In this document: one piece after another, positions 20,901-32,100 of the stretch
Position numbering within the stretch: the first letter of the stretch is position 1
Layout: each line of letters opens with the position of its first letter
Assembly: GCA_002269645.1 (NCBI GenBank)
Contig: NIVC01001558.1
Coordinates: forward strand, 124,001 to 188,000
Reading direction: 5' to 3'
Source of the DNA: Macrostomum lignano
Lineage: Eukaryota
Length of the DNA: 64,000 bases
The notes under the pieces: generated by a model
Database searches by the model: none
What the model was told of the DNA's origin: nothing
What the model saw: the letters and a program-made list of their open reading frames with translations, nothing else
Position numbers and translations under genes: made by a program

Positions 20901-23605
20901 ATCATACTTGGTACGCGTCCAGAAAGACCGAATTCAATAGGTAAACGTTATCATTCCAATAAGGATTACAAAGTGTACTAGTCAATTCTTTTGCTGCTTT
21001 CCGGGAGCAACCGACCGTACATCCGCAATCTTTGACCAGATCGCTCAAAAGAAGAACTCCCCGTTTCTCGACAACACCTAGAAATTCTGCGTGATTGCTT
21101 GCAACGCAATAGAAAAAACTTTTTTCAGACTTAACACTTTTCGCGTAGCTCTATTTTTAATATATATGTTAAAATTTAACTCCTTCGTAAAAGCCTTCTT
21201 GCGAACGAATTTGGCTGCAGAAACTCCATATAATCCTAATTCTACTGGCCGTAGTCGGCAGACAAAACCAGCTTTGGCATTTGCGATTGCACATGACTCT
21301 TCGGCGCCCCCCCCCCCGGAAAAAAGTATCAGATAAGTACAAGTTTTGGCATAGGATTTTTCATCTGCAGATCAGATAAACAGCGGCTTGCCGGCTTTGG
21401 ACAGCGCGCAGTCTTCTTTCATCTATCAGAATCGAAAAGCAGCCTTTGCTTGTGTCATCATATTCGCGACAAACTATTGAGGGTACCATTATTCTCTGTC
21501 CGAAGGCATAATAAATGCATAAGCTTCAGGCAACACTTTTCTAATCATTTCTCGCACTGAGGTGGTCGAACTTGTTAAGAATAACGACTGTGCCATTGGT
21601 CAAGTAAATAATGTTTAGCCTATAGGTGCGGAGAGAGTGTGTGGGTGGGTAGTCAACAGCAACCTGGTCGATACGGGTCTGGCGTGCGCAGGAATAGAGA
21701 TAGACAAGGCAGCCAGCGCCCAAGTCTGGACCGGCCGGTTCGTCAATCACGCGCACACCGCCAGAGAGGAAAGAAAATAGCAAAAGAAAAGACTAACCGA
21801 GAGAATGCCAAGCAAAACGGACAACATATGATAGGAACTTTTCTGCGCTTCCACCTTTGCTAGTTTCTTCCCATTATTCATGGCAAATAGTAGTTTCCTT
21901 TAACGTACATGTATATATTTGCCGTATCGCTGATGCACTCACTCATTGAGTATGCTGTAAAGAGTGTGGCCAATATCTTTATTTTGATTTTAATTTTCTA
22001 TTTTTTTACATTCTACGCATATGCCATTTAACTTTCCCGATGTACATGCTTTCTCCCGTTACACAATGATCAATTCCTGCAATTTTAGGAGTCGCCTCAC
22101 AGCAAGCCAGTGTCTGAGGCACTCTTGGCTGAAGGTGAATTTTCACTTTATTATTTTGCTTCAAATGTACGAGTATTCAGCTGTTCTTGAGTGCACGTGA
22201 ACCGGAACGATATTAAGCGTCGCTATATTTCCTTTACAGGACCCCGAAGCCAGCACTCACCAGGGCCATGTCTGCAAAAGACGTTTGAAGAGCTGGGTCT
22301 ATCGCAGAAAGTGGCACGTGAGTAAATTTAGCTTTCCCCATGAGGGGTATTTGTCAAATTTCCTGAAAAATTGCAGTTTAGGTAGTTCAGGGGTCGGCAA
22401 AACCCGGCCCGCGGGCCACATGAGGCCTACAAAGCATCTTTATCTGACCCTAGGGTCCTTTGAACCTTCGCAACATCAATCTGGCTCGCTTAAGGTATGT
22501 GTTTCTCCTCTCCTCTCTCTTCTCTCTCCTCTTCTCTCCCCCACTCCCCTCTCTCCCCCATTCCTCTTTTCTCTCTCCCCTTCCTCCTCTATCCCCTCTT
22601 CTCTCTCTTCTCTCTCTCCTCTCTCCACTCTCTCCCTTTCTCTCGTCTCCGCTCTTGTCTTTTCATTATCTTCTTTTTTTATTCTTCTCTTATCACATCT
22701 CACGCCTCTTTCTTCTTTCTTAATTCTCTCATCTTTTATTCGCTCTCTCCTTTTCACTCTCATCTGGTCCGTAGTCATGAGCTGGATTCTTCATCTGGAC
22801 TGGACATTAAGGTTAAAAATTTGCCGACCTCTGATGTCGTTAAACCCAATAGGAAAACTCGATCTTTCTGCTAGTATTAAAATGAGTAAATTAAACTCGG
22901 TTGCAGAAAGCATTCAACGCCATCATCGCGCTAATCAGAATGGGAGGCAAATTGAATGAGACTGATGCAACAAAAGACACCGGCACCTCGAGCAATAAAA
23001 CCGGCGCACCAAATACCGCAGAAACATCAAGCAACATTGGAAACCCTGAAGCGCCGAGCAAAACCGAAAAATCGAACACCGGAACACCGAGTAGCACCGA
23101 AAAATTGAGTACCGAAACGCCGAGCAACAACGAAAAATCTAACACCGGAACACCAAGCAACACCGGAAAATCGACTGACGGAACACCGAGCAGCACCGAA
23201 AAATTGAGTAGCGAAAACACTGAAAAATCAAACACCGGAACACCAAGCAACACCCAAACATCAAGTAACACCGACAAATCGAACACCGGAACACCGAAAA
23301 ACACCGGAAAATCAAACACGGGAACACCCATAACCACCGGAAAATCGAACACCGGTAACACCGGAAAATGGAGTACCGGTAACACCGGAAAATGGAAAAC
23401 CGGAAGTTGGAACACCGGAACGCCGAGTAACACCGGAAAATGGAACACCGGAACACCGAGTAACACCGGAAAATGGAACTTTGGAAAATCAAGCATCGGA
23501 GAATCGAAAAACACCGGAGCAGCAAGCAAATCAGGAGCACCAATCAAGACGGGAGCATCAAACAGTGGAACATCGAGCAACAGCGGGCCATCCAAAAAAC
23601 ACTGA
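17920..23605 (+). CDS. Myosin light chain kinase family Ser/Thr kinase (CAMK group) with calmodulin-binding segment and repetitive tail; first coding exon not located
   Basis: Exons with GT-AG and consistent phase: 17920-18013, 18227-18430, 19219-19360, 19436-19629, 20115-20267, 22089-22134, 22240-22317, 22907-23605. Motifs GNGRFG, AAK, HLDLKPEN, DFG, GTPEFVSPE, DMWSVG, then RRKWHKAFNAIIALIRM (MLCK autoinhibitory/CaM site). Confidence 0.92.
18547..18834 (-). mobile_element. tRNA-derived SINE family A (CORE-like), MLCK intron
   Basis: Reverse strand: A box TAGTGGTCAGAGC, B box GGTTCGATTC, central TGTGTCC..AAGACACTTAACTCT..CAGTT..CTGTAAAATGGG resembling the MIR CORE, structured 3' tail, (ATT)n end. 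Confidence 0.85.
18975..19196 (+). mobile_element. Putative SINE family B copy
   Basis: tRNA-like head, TATGTGCTCAGGG body motif, GGTGCCCGCAACCCTC tail followed by (ATT)n. Confidence 0.55.
19655..20020 (+). mobile_element. Putative SINE family B copy
   Basis: B-box-like CTTCGAATC; shares AGTGTACATGCCTGA, GGGCCGCTGTA, ATGTGCTCAGGGGTCA and AGGCGTTGC..GGGTGCCCG.AGCCCT with other copies. Confidence 0.6.
22388..22833 (+). mobile_element. hAT (Charlie-like) MITE with internal CT-rich tract
   Basis: CAGGGGTCGGCAAA ... TTTGCCGACCTCTG termini; CGGCCCGCGGGCC subterminal motif. Confidence 0.75.
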
Positions 23606-26138
23606 AACCTCAAAGCGCATCTCAGCTGAGTAGACGAGCATGGTTTTTTGCTTTGAATACTTCACGATCCTCACAATGAGTTTCAGGGGATGGGTCATTC
23701 CAAAAATATGTCAATTTTAACAAAAAGTTATAATTTCTTTAATAAAAATGATTCAATGAAGATATTCATAATACAATGCGGAGAAGCAATATATTAATCG
23801 AATATACTTCAAACAGAAAGACTATAAATAAGGCGTAAGACATTTGTAGCTGACTCTTAAAGCACCTAAATCTCAGCTCAATGCGAAGCAATTCAGAACC
23901 GGATGTCTCAACAATGAACCATACGGATGACCTGTAGTCTGCTCTCTTTTTAAGCCGCAAATGTAATTCGTAACTCTCTTTCTTTAAACCCTCAATACAA
24001 TAACGGGTACCTTTGTATTGCTCATACGCTCGTAGTTTATGGATGAACTTGATGTCAATATTTTTAGCAGATCTCATTGCGTTCAGACATGAACTCCATT
24101 TATGCCTTATATTGTACATGTAAATCCGCTTCACGAATCTCAATTCTGACTCTGTTTTTGATAGCAACATCCAGGATGCCCCCCATTTGAAATGCACTGC
24201 CGCCAAGTAACACAAATTTATGATCGTACCAGGTATATTTATTAATGACTAACAAAACCCAGCTGCAGCAAGCATTGACGCAGCTGTAGTCTGACCAACT
24301 GCCCCATCGCGGGTGCCTATTGTAAAAAATCATTTACTTTTGCGTTTTTGAGATTCTGTTGTGAAACTCTTTGCAGTACTCCAACAGCTGCATATAAACC
24401 CTGCTTCGTAGATAATCCCACCACTGTGCTTTATCCACTGTCCTATTTTCATTGTGAACGCCAGTTTTACCCATCTGCTCTCCATACCGGACCGAATTTC
24501 AGCCTGACTGACGCCCCGCCGCTGCCGTCACTGCCACACTCGAGATATACTTAAACAGATTGCTATAATACTCAGTTTTGATAATGAGTCACTGCGACTC
24601 TGGACTATAAATAGCTACCAGTATTCGCTTCCCCACACTTGGTGCGATCCTGTTTCCAGGTGGTGGGGAATTATTATATAAATTAAAATGGTTAAAAATG
24701 AAATTCTCAAAGCAGAGACTGAAACAGCAATAATACAATTGAGTTTGTTTTCATTGTTTGCATCAGTGCCATCGTAAGGTGAAGAACACTTTGAAACAGG
24801 AAGCAGACAGCAATTTATATTTGAACTACTAAGACTAAAATTCAAAACAAGTCAGGTACAGGTAAGAGCAGATAAAACTGCAGCATAAACTGGATAAAAA
24901 AGCACAAAAAAGATTTTGCGTTTTAAAAACCGAGTGCCAATCAATCAGTGAGATTAATAGCTCGTAGTGCTAATAAAGTAAAAAAACCGCTGCATTGCAT
25001 AGCAGCTAGTGAAGATCAGAGAGAAATATTATAATTATATTAATAACAGCCGAGCAATATTCACAGTGGAGAATGCGTACATGGGATCAGGTTATGACTT
25101 GAGCATACAACAGAATGCATAGAACTACAGTAGCTACTAAAAAGGTGCCAATACTAAACTTTTAGCCAAAGCAAAAACTGAGATGATTAAAAATGTTCAC
25201 CGATATAACATAAAAATGTTTATTAAACACTTCAAGTGTTACTATATGTAGTCGGTCTGTGTGCTTTTATTTTATTATAATATAATACTAAATTTGAAAG
25301 AAAAGTTTCGAAAAAACTTAGCAAAGATTTTTAGCTAAAATTAGAATCGAGTACCTATTGAGCATGAGCAATGTTAGCATGAGCAATAATAATACATTAG
25401 CACCCTAAAAGTGTGGCCACGAAGTCAGTGTGTGCTAGCATTTTAAAAAGAAACGAAAATGCCAGAAAAAAGATGTTTCTAGGACTATTTGAGTAAAAAA
25501 AATTATGCTAAAAACACAACTCAATTTTGTTGAAAAAGCGGATTAAATATAAAAAATCGGTACAATCCCAATCAGTACCACAGATACTAAAATAACTAGA
25601 TGGGCTGCATATACTTAGTAAAACAGCTTTCTACTTTCAGTTCAGTAGCAAAAAAGAATGCATAAGCTATTTTATAAAAATAAAGACAGTTGAAATAACT
25701 TTGATAAGTTTAGAAGCCCACAAGCTTGCAGGCGTAAACAACTTGTTAATTGGTTCAGCAATGTACATTAGCCAGTCCACTGAAATGTACATGGCAGCTT
25801 TAGGCTGGAATTCTGAGAAAGGCAATAAAAACTGGGGCGGGCGGGGGCAGTGTGGAAAGGCGCGGTTGGAGTGTTTAAGCTGGGGAGGGGTAAGAGCCAA
25901 TAAATGAGCCTTGGCTTAAAAAATACAGTAAAATGCTTCTTTTTAACTTACTACTGAACTGAAAGTAGCTTGCACGCAAATGTACTGAGTGGCCGATCTA
26001 GTTATTCTACATCTGTGGTCAGCACTTAATTTTATTTTAAGCTGTTGTTAGCAAGTTTTTTAGATTTAACTCAGCAGTCTTAGCAATAGTAGTATTACAA
26101 TTTGCAATGAGCCAGGCTAAGAACACATTAATAAATAA

Positions 26139-29100
26139 TTACAGTGACTCAACAGCGGTCGAGGCGGCGGCTCTGCGCTGCCGATTTGGCAGCCTGCCAA
26201 GCGTAGCAGATTGTTTAAGCCGGTGGCCAGGCCGGCAGCAGCCGGGCTGGCAGTAGTGGCCGCTGGACGCGTGGGAAATTACCGATATCGAGCGCCTGTA
26301 GGCGGCCAGCTTGGCTTTGGGCTGGCTGCGACACACCGGAGTGGCCGGCGCCGCTCTCTGCAAAAGGGGCCGACCGGACTCGGGTTAAAAAATAATAGTT
26401 TAGACTGAGAAATGCCAGCAAAGCCAAACTCCCGGTCTTGTGAATGTCAGTCAGTCTCTTTTGGCGCTGTGAACTCCCGGTCTTGTGAATGTCAGTCAGT
26501 GTCTTTTGGCGCTGTGAACTCCCGGTCTTGTGAATGTCAGTCAGTGTCTTTTGCCGCTGTGAACTCCCGGTCTTGTGAATGTCAGTCAGTGTCTTTTGGC
26601 GCTGTGAACTCCCGGTCTTGTGAATGTCAGTCAGTGTCTTTTGCCGCTGTGAACTCCCGGTCTTGTGAATGTCAGTCAGCGTCTTTTGGCGCTGTGAACT
26701 CCCGGTCTTGTGAATGTCAGTCAGTCTCTTTTGGCGCTGTGAACTCCCGGTCTTGTGAATCATAATATCATAATATAATTATAATAATAATCTTTTAAAG
26801 GCTCAAAACTTCACAAGAGTTGATGATAGTGGAGCAAACGAGTGTCATTTAAATGACATGCCGTTTTTAAAGTGCAAATAGTGAGTGGTGTTAGAAATAA
26901 ATTTGTCAAATTGCGGTTAATTTCAGAGGCTATGGTCCAGTCAGTCTAGTGCGCCAAGCGCTGATGCAAATTGCTATGTTAATCTCCGGCATACAATCAA
27001 ATTAAGTCGCCGTGCCAAAAAGCATTTAAGACGATTAAAACAAATAACGACGCCAATTCGTTAGCTAAGCCAATAATTAGGCATTAGGCATGCAGGTAAA
27101 TTACCTAGAATATACACTGGCTTATACAGACTGTACACTGAAGCGATCTGTGCTTCCCAGATTCGGGCAGATCATCACAATTTCTGAAATTTAGATTGAA
27201 AAAATACATTATAACAGTAAATGTGCGCGTGTAGACGTAATAAAGTAGAACATATAGGATTATAGGACAGCCATTATAGGATGACGCTGATGCTGCATGT
27301 ATTTCTATCGTTGAAGGACTGTGAGGGAGACAGCGGCATCTCATTGAAGGACTGTGAGGGAGACAGCGGCATCTCATTGAAGGACTGTGAGGGAGACAGC
27401 GGCATCTCATTGAAGGACTGTGAGGGAGACAGCGGCATCTCATTGAAGGACTGTGAGGGAGACAGCGGCATCTCATTGAAGGACTGTGAGGGAGACAGCG
27501 GCATCTCATTGAAGGACTGTGAGAGAGACAGCGGCATCTCATTGAAGGACTGTGAGGGAGACAGCGGCATCTCATTGAAGGACTGTGAGAGAGACAGCGG
27601 CATCTCATTGAAGGACTGTGAGGGAGACAACGGCATCTCATTGAAGGACTGTGAGAGAAGACAGCGGAATTCTATTGAAGGACAGTGAGGGAGACAGTGG
27701 ATTTTTCTGAAGGACTGTGAGAGCATTTCATTTGAGACCTACAATTTGTTTTACCAAGATACAGCCTACAGTAATTTTCCTTTGACCATGATAGGCATCG
27801 CATCTGAACAACATCGATGAAATAAAACATAGGCAGTATTCATACATACAGACGGGAACAGGCAGCCGTAGAAGCAAATTCGTGTAGTCAATGGCAATTA
27901 ATTGCAGTGAACACGACAACAGTAAAAGGAATGCACCGAAGGATACCATATACAAGGCTCACCAGACTAAACTGCGGCCCAACGCTCGTAGCAGCGGCCG
28001 GGGCGAGCCTTGGAATGCCGGACCGCGGCTGCGGCAGGCTGCTGGCTGCTGCTGGCGGCTGCTGTTGCATCGATGGTGCAGGAATCCGCGATTTCGGCGC
28101 CGAATTAGCTGAATTAGACGCAATAGGCGGCAACACAACCGCGCCAGGAGCTGCTGCCGATGGCGGTGGGATGCGGCTGGCGCCGCCGCTGCCACCTCCT
28201 GCTGTGCCGTTGGTTTCGTCGCCCGCGCCACTGAGACGCCGCGGCAGGGAACTGGCGGAGAGAGCCGGCGCAGCGGCCATGGAAGGCGGCGGCGGCGGCT
28301 GCTGCTGCTGCTTCTGTGCGAGCACCTTAGGGGCGGGCAGCGCCGATGCAGACAGGGACTTTTCGCCTCCGTTCAGGGCAGCCGCCGCCAGGTTGGACGG
28401 CTGCGCCAACTGAGCTGGTGGCGGTGTCGGCGCCAGCTTAGGAATGGCGGTTGGCTGGCGTAGGCCGCTCGTCTGCGATGGCCGCCGGGCTGGGAACATC
28501 GAGTCATAGGATGCCGGCTGCTGCTGCTGCTGCTGCGGCGACGTCGGCTTCTGAGCCGACACTTCGATCACAGTCCGCTGGCTGAGGGCGCTGCTGTCGC
28601 CGCTGTCGGACTGGCCGCTGACGAATGTTTATTTTTGTAGGTTTTTTTAAAGTATGTTGAAACACAGCATAGTAAAAGACCTAGCGTAAGCTACCACTTG
28701 CAGAGTGGTGTACATATCTGTTTTCTTCTTTCTCATCGTCAAGCAGTGTATATAGCAAAAATTGCACAAGCCCCACCATACATGCGCAATTACCTTAATT
28801 TACACCGGCCGTGCGGCTTAATTTTTGACTAAAAATGCGACTTAAATATGAAAGAAACCTAAGCAAAAGTTAAGTTAATTTTGGGTAAACAGCAAGAGAA
28901 ACTATGACAGTATTAGTAAGGTTAAACGCCTCGTCATCTAATTAGTATTACGACTATTTTTTCGGGTGGGCCACTCGCCAGCCGCGGGCCTGGCACTAGC
29001 AAACAGTCAATCATTCTCACCTGGAGCTGTAATTAGCCAAAGCGCTTGGCGAAGGCAGCGGCGAGCCGCCGGTAGCAGAGCGGACCGGAGAAATCTGCGG

Positions 29101-32100
29101 CAGCGGCAGCTTCGTTGCCATAGCAACCGATCGACTTGGCGAGGCTTGCGCTGTAGGAGTGAAAGACCAGTGAATCAGAGAATTTTCACAGCTAATAAAA
29201 TTTGCACGGAGCTCGGCAGCCCAGCTACTTACGCGATGCAGCTTCAACGACCAACTTCTGCTCAGCCTCCTGCACGTCATCATCATTCTCTTCGGGAATG
29301 CCAGCGGCAATAATGATAGCTTTGGTTTCTATGGTCTCCGGGCCGCTTTTGATTGGCTGACTGTCGCCAGAGCTGTTGCTGCAAAGGTGCGGAGAACAGC
29401 TGGCTGATTAACACCAGCTGGGAGAATGCAGCACAATCAAGCCGGCATGTGGGCCCAAGTGAAACTGACTGGAGTTTCAAGCTTGACATGAAATTATATT
29501 TTCAGCGCACAGAAGCTAAGAAGACATAATGCGCTTATCACACTACTGATGAGAAAAGCAGCAAACAAATGTCAATAATTGCTGTTTTATTGCCGTATAT
29601 AATGTCGAGTAGGTAAGTTCTTGGAAAATATTTGCATTATACTTTTTATCACAGAAGCATGCCAATTATGAAATTTGCCTGATCCGTTACGCAAAGAAAT
29701 TCAAAGCACCCCTAGAAGAGGAAATTCTAGGCTGTAAAAGGTAAAATAAGACTGCAATTCTCGCCCCTTGACCGGGAAAAACTAAAAGAAAACAAAACAT
29801 GCTTGACAATTTATAGTTTGACACTGTGATTAGACAGAATGAATTGAGGACAGTTCGGTTTTTTTAATGGAAGATGGGGTATGATGACAGGATTCTAAAG
29901 CAAGCACTTCTTCTTAACTTACTTTATTTCCTACTAACTACTGTGAGCAGTATAATTTGCAAGTTAAGTCTGCTAAACGCTAGAAAAAGACGACACACTA
30001 AGGCTTGATTAGGCTGAGCATTTGATAAGCTATAGCCAACACTATACATCACCATGGAGCTCTAAAAATACTATCTGGAGTGGTAGACCTGAATTATTGC
30101 TCAGATTTTAAGCTTAAAACTCCATGAATAGACCCTGGTGCGAGTGAGCCGTTTATGGATATTGATCGATCGAGTTCGTAAAAGCTGTAAATAATGAGCA
30201 TGAGTATGACAGGTTTCATAGTGTCAACCGCCAGCTTTTATTGCACAAAGACTCCTCCTGCATCAATTAAAATTCGTCAGGCCAAGATTCTGAAATGCGA
30301 GGCCAGCAATGAAAGGAATTAAGAGTACATTAAATGCAGCGCAGTTCGGCTTAGCATTAAGAGGCCCCAGTGAACTGCTGCGCAAATTACTAGTGCAGCA
30401 TCTGAGATAAAAAATAGGTTTAAAAACAGAAGCTCGAAAAGTCGAACTTCGCTTTCCCGGAAAGCTTGCTCGTGTAATTAAAAACACTTAGGCCTTCGCC
30501 CCCCCCCCTAATTTTGGAATAGCTTCGCAATTTCTGCGCTTGTTTGTTACAGTCTGGCAAACAGGGTCTGCCTAACTTGCTAATCAAAGCAAAAAAATTA
30601 TTTAATCAATCTACTCAGATAAATCAGCATGCATACTGCACGAGCTCATATCTACTTAACATCAGACATACTACTTACTTGCTATGAGTAGTCACAGCAT
30701 CTTTCTAAAGTGGAAAATGTTTGCGTATTGCAAACTAAAATTGTTTAATAGTAACACAAACTAGCGATAGCATGCTGTTATGACTCGGGTGTCATAAACT
30801 TCGTCTAGTAACTTAGATTAGATACGAACATCGGTTGAAGCATTTCTCTATAGCTAAAACTCGAATGAGAAACCAAAATAAGAAACATATTTTTGTGTAC
30901 CGAGGCCGACTGCTCGAATGAGTATTCTGCTGGACAGGCCTCAGTTGGTACGCCCCACAAAGAGGTTTCCGATCCAGGTTCTAGCTATAGAGAAATCCTT
31001 GATCAGGCAAAAGACAAAACATACAGGTAGTTAACAAAAAATGATCAACAGCTTGGGTTAGCTGGGAAGCTCAACGCACACCGGGTGCACAGCGATTCTG
31101 ACTTTTGCATTGTCAGTCCCTGTAGCCCAGTGACAGCGCCTGGGTTCGATTCCCATTCTCTGGCCTTTTAACCTCACCTCTCTGACCTCATCAATTTCAG
31201 TAGTGGTCAGGGTATGTCGCAGGGTTTATATGCCCACTAAAGTGTGCCCTCTGTCTGACAATGGAAAAGTCAGGGCTGATGTACACCCAGTGTGAGAGTA
31301 TATCTGCATAATTATTTGCATGCGTGCTCAGGGGTCATCTGAATGAGCATGACTGCTTGCCTCATCACTGACTGTGGGATAGCTCAATTTAGGAAAAAAA
31401 ATTTGATTACACCTGCCCTAATGGCCAGATGTGCAACCGACAGCTCAGCCGCAGCTATTGCGCGGCGCATCTGAAGGCTGCGTACGGCTGTTCAGTCCAA
31501 GGACTGAGGGTCACCACACACAGCCTCAATTACCCCAGCTAATCCTAGCACCCATTCTACAGCTGGGTGAACTGAAGCAATGCAGAGTTAAGTGTCTTGC
31601 TCAAGGACACAAATTGTTCCAGTGGAATCGAGAATCGAACCCCCGACCTTCAAGTCGTGAGTCCGACGTTCTAACGAATAGGCTACAACCCCCCTCCAGG
31701 CAGTTGTTGAAACAGAAATAAACAAAAAAACAGAAACTTCTCGCACTGTGCGAGCAAAAGCAGACAAGCGGCCAGACAACTCACTCGACAGGCACAACTC
31801 GCAAGCTGTCGCCGGAGGCCGCCGCTGCTGGTTCGGCCCGTCGGTCAGTTCGCCGGTGATGCAGCTGGCGATCAGCGTCAGCCCGGGCGAAGCTCGGCCG
31901 GCAGCTGTGCCTGGTTGACGGCTTCCGTTCGAATCTGGCTGAGCGGCGCTGGCTGGTGCCAAACTGGTTGGCCTGCACCAGGCTGGTCTCCGTGCGGAAG
32001 CTGTGGTAAAACCTGGAGCGCAGGCGCAGCAGCTGCTTGGCTTTGCCTGGCGGTGCTTTCGGCTGCACCAGACGGAAGAACGAGTGATGCTCAACTGCGC

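Noticed and set aside
22285-22959. Leu/Ser/Pro or Glu/Arg/Gly-rich ORFs here and at 34109-34640, 46166-46934, 61992-62399
   Set aside because: Translations of CT/GA tracts inside hAT MITEs located in introns.
24100-24333. WGSWSDYSC thrombospondin type-1-like peptide
   Set aside because: Cys/Arg pattern of TSP1 is not completed and no convincing splice context; possibly decayed sequence.
26215-27726. Repetitive ORFs ([11 protein letters not shown].., [11 protein letters not shown].., [11 protein letters not shown])
   Set aside because: Translations of intronic 45- and 33-bp minisatellites whose lengths are multiples of three.
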